Virus record (IMG/VR): IMGVR_UViG_3300025168_000100
Coordinates: 1 to 57,893 of that record
Length of the DNA stretch: 57,893 nt
Strand: one strand, 5' to 3'
DNA from: a virus
Lineage: Duplodnaviria > Caudoviricetes
A program made the position numbers and the translations under genes. The notes beneath the pieces were generated by a model that had not been told where the DNA came from, ran no database searches, and saw nothing but the letters and a program-made list of their open reading frames with translations. Positions 26,401-35,831 of this stretch are shown piece by piece (within the stretch, counting starts at the first letter, position 1; every line of letters starts with the position of its first letter).

Positions 26401-29400
26401 TTAACATGAAGCTACTGCTATTATAATACCATCAGAAATCTGATATGAATTCCCGATGTGTGCTATAAACCCATCGGCTGCTGCCGTCACAGCATTTTGG
26501 TCTGTGAAAACAAACGCATGGAGCTCAGGCCCTGTAGTAGTACCATCAGTTCTTACAAAGTAATGGTTAGTTCCTGAAGGAGCAGCGCACGCCGCCACCG
26601 CGGTAACAGATACTGCTGAGGTGCTCACCGCGGGTAAAGCCGAAGGACATAAAACTTCTATTTGCCATGTAGTACTATCTTTAATACATGGAACAAGAAC
26701 TTCTATGTCTATATAGGCATTAGCTAGAAGAAGTTTAGGAACAACCATCACACAATTGCCGGGAGAAGTAGCCGTTAATTGGTCATCAAGAGCAGCAACG
26801 GTAGCGTTCTGAGGAGTGGTACTAAGAATCCAATTTCCATTATTCCAATCATATACATTATAAGAAGATGTATCAGGATATGTAGAAATACATCCTGATG
26901 GAGTAGTCCCGCATAACGTGTAGTTAGACGCTGTACTTTCGAGCTTACCAAAATTTTGAGACGACAGCTTGTAATAATTTACCGCATTGTATATCGCCTT
27001 TATACCGTTAGGGATACTATTAGGAGTGTACTTAATAATTACAGCTCCCAAAGCGCTGCCTATTTGGTAGTTCATTTTATATATACCGCCTTGCCCTAGA
27101 TTTAAAAAAGAGGTGTCAACTGAACATACAGGTAAACATGTAGGACACCCCTGTGCAGGCCCAAGAATAGGTAACCCCGGAGCACCTGTTTGTTCACGAA
27201 CTATGCCATTTTCCTGATAGAAACCATTGGCTGCACCTGTAACTAAAGTGGCATCTGTATATACACCTGTAGATGTCATAAGACTAGGCCCATTTAGATA
27301 GTATGTACCTGAAGGGGTGCACCCACAACAAGCGTCTTCTATACCGGCGGGAGCGGCTTTACTATCGTAACACAAAGACCTAGCTGATTGCTTGTCTCTA
27401 TAATCGTAAACAAGATATAAGTAAGTGTCTACACCTGCAGGCATAGTAAATGTACCGCCTACTATAGGTGATGTACCCGAGAGAACTATATTAGTGGCTG
27501 CCGATAAAAGGCTAGTAATACCTGTAGGGGTATTAGGAAATAGTGTATTTGTTCTTAAATACAACATCTTGTCAGGCGGGTTCGATACAATAAAATCGTC
27601 CGTTCCGTACTTATTAGACTGCACGGTTACGGTAGACCCATCGCTAGGGATAATACCTTCGCCTTGAAATCCTGTATAAGTTTGATACTGTGAAACAAGA
27701 GGGTTTATTAAAGCTCCGCTGAACTGTATCTGAGGACTTGTTATGGACGATGTGTAACTTCCTTGACTGAAAGAAAATTCGTTATGTATAAGGCTGTTAG
27801 ATTCAGACTGACTCGTTATACAAACTTGTACAATAGTAAGCTCTGTACCTATAGGGCAATTAACTGTTGCGAAGACTACGGCCTCTACAGTTGAAGTTAA
27901 AGTAACAATAGCAGTAGTTGGTTTACTATTTGTTTTAACCACAGTTAATGACCCTGCAGCTGCAACTGCTCCTGTACTTGTAGTTACGCCGTCATATAAA
28001 ACTGACACCTGAAAAGTTTCTCCCGCCCCCGCATAATTCCAATCGTAATCAACAGTAAAATTTTCAGCAATTTGCCCTACGTTAACACAGTAGCTATAAG
28101 TAAAAGAATTTTCTGCAGTTAAACTCATAGCTATAGTTGCTCCACAGTTTTCACAGGATTCAATAGAAGGCAACGCTCTTAAGTTAGCTGACAAAACATA
28201 CTCATTAGAGTATGGGTCATAACCTCCTATCTTTTGATTGTTAAGACTGTTTCTAAATAAGTCTCTAAACCAAGTGCTCATATTAGCATCTGATATTAAG
28301 GTAAGAGCTTCATTAGTTCCCGACGTTCCTGTTAGCTGTATAACAGCTCCTCTTTGAGCATCGGTAAAATATTTATCTGCTCCATACTCCGCAAAACTTT
28401 CCGGGTTGTTGGAAATACCATACTCTTCTATACGAGCTATCTGCGTTCCTAATACTTCAGGAACAGAAGCTATTGTTCCGCCACCCGCTGCATCAGAGAG
28501 TAAGTTCTTACCCGCAAGGACGTAAGATATCTTGTCTTGCTGTAAAACTAATACGTCAGTTTCTCTAGCAAACATTTTTTGTACAGACCCAAAAGACTGT
28601 TCAAGAGGTTTAAAGTTTAAAAGACCAAGGTTAAACTCGTTAGTTTTATTTACGTTACTCTCTTGATTGTATACTCCACTATACGTTATATCCGCTTCCC
28701 TCCTTACTTCTTTAAAATCTTTACCTGCGGTACTTGTTGCTCTGTTTCCTAAAAGAAATTCTTTTCCGACTATAGAGTCTCTTATCTTATAGCTCTCTAC
28801 TCCATTGCCAAAAGAATAACAGTTGTTGTAATCTAAATCTACAATAGCAGGCTGCACAGCTGTTTGGTTTTGAACATTACCGTTATGACGCCCCGTAGCA
28901 GTGTCAATAGAGTACGACTGTGACCCCTCATAAAATAAATCGGGATTAGCGTCTTGAGGCTCAGTTTCAAAAACAAAAAGATTAGTCGCTCGGACTACCC
29001 TGATTTTAAACCTTATCTTAGATGTGCGGGCATCGTTTGTACCGCATGACTTACCTCCTTTATAACCTAAATATAAAGGGTCGTTAGCTCCACCTCCTTC
29101 ACGAATAAAACGAAATTGCAAATCTGTAGGGACCTCATCAAATAAAAAGGGAAGCCATCCAAATATATCACATACAGTTCCGTTATCATTATCCCCCGCT
29201 CTTCCCCTAGCTACCTGTCCTCCGGCATCTCCAAAGCCATAAGCGTTACAGCAAGTTCCCGCAGGAGCTAAAGAGTCGTTGACTACTCCCCCATGATAAT
29301 AAACATTACCGTCAGCAGGAGTTTCCCCCCAACTTCCTGTACCTAATGCAGCTCCAATATTGGAATCATCAAACCATTCTTGAAAATTTGCGTATGTATT

Positions 29401-31899
29401 ATTAGCTACAAAAGTTTCGTCAAACGTGTACTCAAAGTTTTCGCAGTTGGCACCCGAGTTTCTACCCTCACGAGAAGCTTCAAATATTATCTGTATACGT
29501 GAATTGGCAGGTATAGTATAATCTGTTCCTGTAGCTCCCGATATGTTATTTACCGGATACCATATAACAGGGAATTCTCTATCACAATTAGTCTCCATGC
29601 TAATGTTTCCAAAATCTACGATATCATCGTCGCCCATTTGAAAATTAACAGAGCTATCTTTTACTACCATATACGTCCCTGACGTCATTAAACCCGAAGG
29701 GTCAATTACTGTAGCCTCCTCTGCTGATATAGCTTTCTTCTCAAGAACGGTGACATAAACGCATGTATTTAAAGCGCCACTCATATCTCGCTTTACAATA
29801 AGTCTATCTCCTTCTTTTACCTTCTGCGCATTCTCTCCCTCTAACAAGATATACGCTCTATTAGATGTACCTGCTTCTATAAAAGAAATATTAGAATATA
29901 TAGTATTGAATTTTTCTTTGTCAGGCTTTACAACAAACTTATACCTTGTAGCCCATGAAGGAGCTAACTGTCCGGTAGGTATCTCTACACGAATTTGGTT
30001 TTTATTATTGCTCCTGCTGCAAGGTACATGAATGGTATTAGTAGGACTCACTAAAGCTGTAGTAGACCTATTGTATTCGTCCATATAAACAATACCGGTT
30101 TCATATCCTCTATTGCTGTGCAGACTAGCTTTATCATCTAAATTAGATAAAGTACATCCAATCTCCGTTATACTGAAAAATTCATATACACTTACTGTTA
30201 TAGCCGTTGGGTCATCTACTAAGCGCAAAGCAGGGAAAGAAAATGAAAGAACCGTACCTAAAACAGATGTTGCAATAGGCTCTCCATCTGCTGTAATTCC
30301 ACTTGCATATGCAGTGTATATACCTAAGTCATTAAGGGCGCAATTAAACCGGTCCGTAAAAGTAATCCCGCTACACGAACTAGGGTTAACGGCGTCATAA
30401 ACAGGTTTAATATTAGCAGCCGTTCCTATAGCAGTACTCCAAGAAGAAGATGCTACGACGTCAGCTAAAGAAGTATAAGAGGTAGGAAGTACGTACTCAA
30501 AGGTTAGCTCAAAAGGAAGGTTATTTACATTCTCTTGAGCAGGAGTGGGGTCGCCAAAAGGGTTAGTAGTGAAGAGATAATGGTCTAATGTGAAATTAAA
30601 AGTAAGTGTGCTCCCCGCTGTATAAGTACTATTCCCAAAAGCGTCTGTATCTATTTGAGAGAAATCAAAATTTGCTACAGATTGAAATACCGTACTTGGG
30701 AAAACGGGATTGATAGTATAGTTTCTGTTAGATAAACTAAGCTGTGGTGCAGCTATGTCTGACCCACCAAACGTAACACTTCTTCTTTGCGTGTTATAAA
30801 TAAACTTAGTTTCGTTATTGTTTAAATCTTTTAAGTTATACCCTTCAATATAGTTTCCATACATCAACCTATTACCCATAATTGTAGAGGCTTGGGCAAA
30901 ACGAGGCACGTTATCATACAGTCTGAGAATTTCTGTCTCAGGTAGTACAGTAAAAACTTTGCTGTCTGCAAAATCTATAGTATAGTTATTGTTGTTAGGG
31001 ATACCTAACTCAGCTTTATCAAGCTTTTCTATAACTTTAATAGTAGGGTCTGCAGCATCTTTAAATAAAATATCTATGCCTTTCACTAAACTGCTACCTG
31101 TATTAAAAGTAACCTGAGCTCTATTGTGCTTATTAACCATACCTTCATTAAGGTAGCTTTCTGCACTAAAATCAAAATCTTTAGGGACAAATGCGGGGTC
31201 AGAGAATTGAGATGTGGCAGAGTATTCATTGTCGTCATAACGCCACCTATACCCAAAACATAAAAACCTTTCCTCCATATAATTAGAGGTTATATTAGGG
31301 CTCTCTTCTGTGACTACGGTAGGGGACTCGCTTGGCGGTTTCTTTATTACTAAAATTTCCTCATCAGTAAATTGGTCTATACCGCCTGTGCTTGGTTCTG
31401 TATATCCTTTAGTGACATTAATTCTGCGTGGAGCATTATAATCATCTGTAAAGAATAATATGTCGTCAATCATATCTACTCCCGTTATAAGATATGAGGG
31501 ATTGAAATTCAATGTAGTGTCTACATTGTTCCCATCATTCATGCTAATAACATGATAGTTTGTTAATCCCGTTATAGGATTAAAAGACATAATAAGGTCA
31601 AGTTTATTTGTTATAGCTGAACCCGTAAAGGCGGGGTCGTGAACAAAGAAATATAATGTCTCCTCTTGTTCATGAGCAAACGTACCTATACATATAGCTT
31701 GAGTACTAATCTCTACAGTATTGTAACGGGGTGTAACTAAAAGCTCATTGGCTCTAGCGTTTTCTACCACACCCATCTCGTCTTGCTCCGTAGAGCCGAC
31801 TGTTATATTTTCTGCATGAATATATTCTCCATCAGGAATCAGACGCTCGTCCAATTCCTTATTCATACGGCCACGTGTAAAAGTCCTTGTAGTTTTCAT
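26401..31899 (-). CDS. Tail muzzle/nozzle (P22 gp10-like stabilisation) protein with a Cys-rich C-terminal extension
   Basis: N-terminal GRMNKELDERLIPDGEY, LFFTDDYNAPRRIN, GNRLMYGNY, YGISNNPESFA, YFTDAQRGAV. Confidence 0.75.
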   Translation of the reverse strand: MKTTRTFTRGRMNKELDERLIPDGEYIHAENITVGSTEQDEMGVVENARANELLVTPRYNTVEISTQAICIGTFAHEQEETLYFFVHDPAFTGSAITNKLDLIMSFNPITGLTNYHVISMNDGNNVDTTLNFNPSYLITGVDMIDDILFFTDDYNAPRRINVTKGYTEPSTGGIDQFTDEEILVIKKPPSESPTVVTEESPNITSNYMEERFLCFGYRWRYDDNEYSATSQFSDPAFVPKDFDFSAESYLNEGMVNKHNRAQVTFNTGSSLVKGIDILFKDAADPTIKVIEKLDKAELGIPNNNNYTIDFADSKVFTVLPETEILRLYDNVPRFAQASTIMGNRLMYGNYIEGYNLKDLNNNETKFIYNTQRRSVTFGGSDIAAPQLSLSNRNYTINPVFPSTVFQSVANFDFSQIDTDAFGNSTYTAGSTLTFNFTLDHYLFTTNPFGDPTPAQENVNNLPFELTFEYVLPTSYTSLADVVASSSWSTAIGTAANIKPVYDAVNPSSCSGITFTDRFNCALNDLGIYTAYASGITADGEPIATSVLGTVLSFSFPALRLVDDPTAITVSVYEFFSITEIGCTLSNLDDKASLHSNRGYETGIVYMDEYNRSTTALVSPTNTIHVPCSRSNNKNQIRVEIPTGQLAPSWATRYKFVVKPDKEKFNTIYSNISFIEAGTSNRAYILLEGENAQKVKEGDRLIVKRDMSGALNTCVYVTVLEKKAISAEEATVIDPSGLMTSGTYMVVKDSSVNFQMGDDDIVDFGNISMETNCDREFPVIWYPVNNISGATGTDYTIPANSRIQIIFEASREGRNSGANCENFEYTFDETFVANNTYANFQEWFDDSNIGAALGTGSWGETPADGNVYYHGGVVNDSLAPAGTCCNAYGFGDAGGQVARGRAGDNDNGTVCDIFGWLPFLFDEVPTDLQFRFIREGGGANDPLYLGYKGGKSCGTNDARTSKIRFKIRVVRATNLFVFETEPQDANPDLFYEGSQSYSIDTATGRHNGNVQNQTAVQPAIVDLDYNNCYSFGNGVESYKIRDSIVGKEFLLGNRATSTAGKDFKEVRREADITYSGVYNQESNVNKTNEFNLGLLNFKPLEQSFGSVQKMFARETDVLVLQQDKISYVLAGKNLLSDAAGGGTIASVPEVLGTQIARIEEYGISNNPESFAEYGADKYFTDAQRGAVIQLTGTSGTNEALTLISDANMSTWFRDLFRNSLNNQKIGGYDPYSNEYVLSANLRALPSIESCENCGATIAMSLTAENSFTYSYCVNVGQIAENFTVDYDWNYAGAGETFQVSVLYDGVTTSTGAVAAAGSLTVVKTNSKPTTAIVTLTSTVEAVVFATVNCPIGTELTIVQVCITSQSESNSLIHNEFSFSQGSYTSSITSPQIQFSGALINPLVSQYQTYTGFQGEGIIPSDGSTVTVQSNKYGTDDFIVSNPPDKMLYLRTNTLFPNTPTGITSLLSAATNIVLSGTSPIVGGTFTMPAGVDTYLYLVYDYRDKQSARSLCYDSKAAPAGIEDACCGCTPSGTYYLNGPSLMTSTGVYTDATLVTGAANGFYQENGIVREQTGAPGLPILGPAQGCPTCLPVCSVDTSFLNLGQGGIYKMNYQIGSALGAVIIKYTPNSIPNGIKAIYNAVNYYKLSSQNFGKLESTASNYTLCGTTPSGCISTYPDTSSYNVYDWNNGNWILSTTPQNATVAALDDQLTATSPGNCVMVVPKLLLANAYIDIEVLVPCIKDSTTWQIEVLCPSALPAVSTSAVSVTAVAACAAPSGTNHYFVRTDGTTTGPELHAFVFTDQNAVTAAADGFIAHIGNSYQISDGIIIAVASC

Positions 31900-31903
31900 T
31901 CTT

Positions 31904-32830
31904 TTACTTTATCCACTTATCCATGCCTCTCATATTCATCAGAAGGCGTCCCGGATGTATATTGCTAATTCGAATTTTCGCGTTTCTTAAAAGCGCTGAT
32001 TTTCTTTTCATAGCTCTACGCACTACATACTCTTGCACATTAAGTTTACTATTAAGAATAGCAGCTTCAATGTAAGCGTATATATAGTCTTCAAACATTT
32101 TGTTAACAGTAATTTTTGAATCATCACCATTTTCCATTCCATCAGACACATACTCAAGAATTACAAGGTTGTCTCCTATGTTTGAACTAAAATTAATAAC
32201 CCCCATAGATTTATCTATAGAAAAAGTAGGATTGGCATTTGCAGTTTCTGTATTTAAAGCATACCATCCACCTCCAAATGGAGTATCAAAATACCATTGT
32301 CCATTCCAAAAATACCCCTCATACCCATCAAAAGGATGACCGCTATTTAGATAAATACTTTTCTTTCCTCCATATATTCTTTGGTAATCAATATCAGAAA
32401 ACTCAGGACTTAATGCATTCCCTTCTTGGTCAAATAAAATTCTGTCATTATTGTCCTGCAAATATGCTTTCGCATAATTCACTTGAATGTTTTCAGTTAA
32501 AGTATATAGATATCCGTTTTTATAAAGAGACACCCTCACCCAATTAACATAATCCGAAGGAAGAACATATCTGAATTGGTCTGTGACATTAAGCTCGAGA
32601 ACTTTTATTTCTTTGAAGGCATCATAGTTTAATTCTTGTACAGCTCTCTTAGCGTGAAACAAAATCTTAAACCTCTCTTCATTATTTACAAGGCTATGAT
32701 TTCCTTGATACATTAACATAAAATTGTTAACTATATCATATAAGGAAACATACTGATACGAACCCCAATTAGCGTCCTCAGGATTTGCCCCATCATTCTC
32801 ATAGTATTGGTATTGACTGATATATGCCAT
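31904..32830 (-). CDS. Tail ring / tubular protein
   Basis: LPSDYVNWVRV...LEYVSDG motifs; lies between adaptor and muzzle. Confidence 0.65.
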   Translation of the reverse strand: MAYISQYQYYENDGANPEDANWGSYQYVSLYDIVNNFMLMYQGNHSLVNNEERFKILFHAKRAVQELNYDAFKEIKVLELNVTDQFRYVLPSDYVNWVRVSLYKNGYLYTLTENIQVNYAKAYLQDNNDRILFDQEGNALSPEFSDIDYQRIYGGKKSIYLNSGHPFDGYEGYFWNGQWYFDTPFGGGWYALNTETANANPTFSIDKSMGVINFSSNIGDNLVILEYVSDGMENGDDSKITVNKMFEDYIYAYIEAAILNSKLNVQEYVVRRAMKRKSALLRNAKIRISNIHPGRLLMNMRGMDKWIK

Positions 32831-33801
32831 TATGCTTCTTGTTGATTCTCCTCAGCAGTTTCGTCTTTAGCAAAAGCATAAACATCTGCCTCTCTAATTG
32901 AAACTCCTGCGTATTGTAATATCTTCATAATAAGATTGCTCTCATCATCTAAGGGTAATTCAAAGTCTTGAAAATCCGCAAGCGATTGGTCAAATACAGG
33001 TTCTCCACTAGCAAGAGTTTGATAAGTCCACATGGGGTCTTTAGGGTATCTATAGTACTGTGCTGTAACCATACCTACATTACCTACTGTAGTAGGGTAT
33101 ATAGAAAGCAATGCTTCGCTTGAAGTGTAAGAAGGGTAAGTAGTCGTAGGAGCTGTATATATAGAATTTGTAAGCATAGTAATTTTACTTGGGCTTACTT
33201 TCTCTGCTTCATTCTGCTGCGTTCCTGTTTTGATAATAGTGTAACCAAAACCGGCAGCTGAAAGAATTGTTCCTGTAACTGTAATGTTATTGTTATCAGT
33301 AACTGTTACAACTGTTACGTATTGAACTCCTTGAGTAGTTGTTTGTACCCCTACTATATCTCCCGGAACAATACCTAATAATGCCGACGTAAAATTAGCC
33401 GTAGCGTCTGTCAAAATATTATTTCCCGGACCTGTAAATGCGCTAGTAACTCCGCTTGTAATAAGAGTTTTGTATACAAGAACTTTGTTTACAAAGTAAT
33501 AATCATCTCCCGTAGTAGTTAGCGATGGCATAAAATAATTGTTGTCTGAACTAAAGTTCAAACCGTTAACCATCGAAAACAAATCTATAGATTCCTCTAT
33601 ACTCTTTGCTAAGTCAGCAACACCCGAGCCTGATAGCCTAGCGTTCTCTTTGTTTAACTGACGGTTGTACTGATAAAAATAACTCTCGAATATATCTAAC
33701 TGTGCTTGCTTTGCAAATAAGTTAAAATCAGACGGAGATAGATATCCGTAGTTATTCTTGTTAAGTACAGAGAGAACAGTATTTCTAACTGTATTAATCA
33801 T
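32830..33801 (-). CDS. Head-tail adaptor / ring protein with an inserted beta domain
   Basis: NKNNYGYLSPSDFNLFAKQAQLDIF...YYRYPKDP...DFELP. Confidence 0.65.
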   Translation of the reverse strand: MINTVRNTVLSVLNKNNYGYLSPSDFNLFAKQAQLDIFESYFYQYNRQLNKENARLSGSGVADLAKSIEESIDLFSMVNGLNFSSDNNYFMPSLTTTGDDYYFVNKVLVYKTLITSGVTSAFTGPGNNILTDATANFTSALLGIVPGDIVGVQTTTQGVQYVTVVTVTDNNNITVTGTILSAAGFGYTIIKTGTQQNEAEKVSPSKITMLTNSIYTAPTTTYPSYTSSEALLSIYPTTVGNVGMVTAQYYRYPKDPMWTYQTLASGEPVFDQSLADFQDFELPLDDESNLIMKILQYAGVSIREADVYAFAKDETAEENQQEA

Positions 33802-33816
33802 TGCCTTGTTTTAAGA

Positions 33817-33824
33817 CAAAGATA
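33817..33824 (-). promoter_or_regulatory. -7 box TATCTTTG after a U-tract
   Basis: CAAAGATA followed by an A-run on the + strand. Confidence 0.55.
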
Positions 33825-33857
33825 AGGAAAAAAAAGAGGGGAGGTTTCTAAGCCACT

Positions 33858-34178
33858 CTACTTCCACGTAGCAGTAGTAGGTTGGAAGGAAGTTAAAGCT
33901 GATGGTAAAGGAACAGGAATGATTGCCGTTACTGAAGTTAACGCTCTAGCCCACGCATCAATAATAGCTTGAGGCTGCGTAGCGTCTGTAGCTCCTAACC
34001 CTACAGCTTCAACTAAATCGTAAGTTGCTACCTCAGGGTTTGTACCGTCATCAAAAGTAAGGATAGTGGTATATAGTCGTACAGTAGTAGAATTAATTCG
34101 GCGTACCTCCTGTAAAGTTTTAACAGGCACATAGTACCTATTATTGCTTTGGTCTCGTATAAGTAATAGTCTATTCAC
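33858..34178 (-). CDS. Small putative virion accessory protein (GTG start 34178)
   Basis: The ORF-track N-terminus runs through terminator/promoter DNA; GTG lies 5 nt after the -7 box. Confidence 0.6.
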   Translation of the reverse strand: MNRLLLIRDQSNNRYYVPVKTLQEVRRINSTTVRLYTTILTFDDGTNPEVATYDLVEAVGLGATDATQPQAIIDAWARALTSVTAIIPVPLPSALTSFQPTTATWK

Positions 34179-34183
34179 TTTAG

Positions 34184-34225
34184 CAAAGATAAAGAAAAAA
34201 AAGAGGGGCATAAAGCCCCTCTCTT
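34184..34225 (-). terminator. Intrinsic terminator abutting a -7 promoter box
   Basis: AGAGGGGC-ttta-tGCCCCTCT then a U-tract on the - strand, then TATCTTTG (34191-34184). Confidence 0.75.
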
Positions 34226-34244
34226 TCATTAATTAAACTGTATC

Positions 34245-34556
34245 CTATGCAGGGATGCCTGTTATAGCTAATGGTGGAGTAATAGCTTTAGAAGTCACTC
34301 TCCAATTAGTAGCAAGTAAAGCTTCCATCTGTGTAATAAACCACAACTTAAACTCATTAGATGTAGTATCAGCTGCATGAGTAATAGCAATGTCAGTAAG
34401 AGCAGTATTGCCTAGTGCGCTTACATCTGTTACTGTGTCTAAGTACTGAACAGTAAGTACAGTTGTTGAAGTAGTACCTACGGTAACAATATTGTTCAAA
34501 GGAATGCGGTAGTTAATACCGTCATGCGTAAGGGTAAGAAATTTTTTGTTATTCAT
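34245..34556 (-). CDS. Small putative virion accessory protein
   Basis: Thr-rich beta protein downstream of the capsid genes. Confidence 0.65.
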   Translation of the reverse strand: MNNKKFLTLTHDGINYRIPLNNIVTVGTTSTTVLTVQYLDTVTDVSALGNTALTDIAITHAADTTSNEFKLWFITQMEALLATNWRVTSKAITPPLAITGIPA

Positions 34557-34567
34557 GATGGTATAGA

Positions 34568-34891
34568 TTAAGCGAGAACAATATCAGTAATAGTCAATGG
34601 ACCGTAAAAATCTGCTTTACGCTCAAGCATAGGAGCTGTATAGCTCTGCTGATTAGCCGTATCGTAGATATCGTCAAGCAATGAATTTACCGCAGCTTTA
34701 TATTTAGCTTCGTCGGTAGTTCCGTCAAAACTTATAGTAAATATATCTGCATCAGTCTCTCCTTTCGTTAGTTTTAAAGTAACAAAACTAAAAGGGCTTA
34801 CTGTATCAAGAGCTAACTGTTGATATGCTACGCAAGGGAGAAGTAACGTGTCATGCGTAGCTATGCCCGTTACTTTGATAAACTTTTCCAT
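34568..34891 (-). CDS. Small putative virion accessory protein
   Basis: Size and pattern similar to its neighbours. Confidence 0.65.
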   Translation of the reverse strand: MEKFIKVTGIATHDTLLLPCVAYQQLALDTVSPFSFVTLKLTKGETDADIFTISFDGTTDEAKYKAAVNSLLDDIYDTANQQSYTAPMLERKADFYGPLTITDIVLA

Positions 34892-34929
34892 GTAAAAATT
34901 TTTGGAAGGTTAGTAAAAAAATATCGTCA

Positions 34930-34970
34930 CAAAGATAGAGCAAAAAAAAGAAGGGCTTACGCCCCTCTCT
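34930..34970 (-). terminator. Intrinsic terminator abutting a -7 promoter box
   Basis: GGGC-gtaa-GCCC hairpin and U-tract, then TATCTTTG (34937-34930). Confidence 0.6.
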
Positions 34971-34991
34971 TTCACCTAGTATAGATTGGGA

Positions 34992-35744
34992 TTACTCCTC
35001 AAGTAAAGACTCTAACATTTTTAGAGCTTCAATACCATCGTCACTCTTTAAGAATGAAGCGGCTGCTTGAACTGCATCAAGTCCAAAAGGAACTGATAAC
35101 ATTTTTCTTTTATTGTTAGGAGTTGTAAACCACACCTCAGTATTGTTACGTCGTGTGCTTAGGTAGCCTGCATCAAAGAATTTCTGCACATTAGAGTTGT
35201 ACTCTAACTCAGGGTCTTTAAGCATGTCTAAGAAGCCCTGAGGGTCTCTCTTGGCAGCTACTAACACGTCACGCTTCATCTCTGCAGTAGTAAGCTTATC
35301 CGTATTACGTCCGTACATTACACGGCAAATATTTTCAAGCTTCGCAATAGACATCTGTCTAGCTTCAATAAGAGCATCTACCTCTACATTGAGACTTTCC
35401 ATTTGTTCTACTGCATCTTTTTCGTAATTCATTTCTACGAAATACTTTCCATTAAGCGGATGTAAAGCTAAAAATTTTTGGAGAACCTGATTGGTTCTGT
35501 TAACATGAAGGAATCCATCGTCAAAAATCACAGGCTCTACGATAGCATTACCGTCCTGTTCATCTTCAAATGGTGTCTTTTGATTTCGCGCATATCTTAA
35601 AGCGCGGTTCTCTCCGCGTTCTTCATCAAACCACAGTAGTGGTGAGCGTCGGCTATTCCTTGTTGGCAGCATAAATGATAAAGGTGCTGCATCCTTCGTT
35701 AGTTTGTATGTCTTATCGACATACTTGTTTTTCTTTTGATTCAT
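34992..35744 (-). CDS. Conserved-looking protein downstream of the capsid gene
   Basis: 250 aa; RALRYARNQKTPFEDEQ; position immediately after the MCP. Confidence 0.7.
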   Translation of the reverse strand: MNQKKNKYVDKTYKLTKDAAPLSFMLPTRNSRRSPLLWFDEERGENRALRYARNQKTPFEDEQDGNAIVEPVIFDDGFLHVNRTNQVLQKFLALHPLNGKYFVEMNYEKDAVEQMESLNVEVDALIEARQMSIAKLENICRVMYGRNTDKLTTAEMKRDVLVAAKRDPQGFLDMLKDPELEYNSNVQKFFDAGYLSTRRNNTEVWFTTPNNKRKMLSVPFGLDAVQAAASFLKSDDGIEALKMLESLLEE

Positions 35745-35778
35745 AATTAAATAAGATTTTTTAAAAAAAAATAAGTTA

Positions 35779-35804
35779 GGAGGCGCACCCGAGAGTACGC
35801 CTCC
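35779..35804 (-). terminator. Terminator after the major capsid gene
   Basis: GGAGGCGTAC/GTGCGCCTCC stem followed by a T-rich tract on the - strand. Confidence 0.7.
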
Positions 35805-35831
35805 CTCCTTACATATTCAGTCTAGCGTAGA

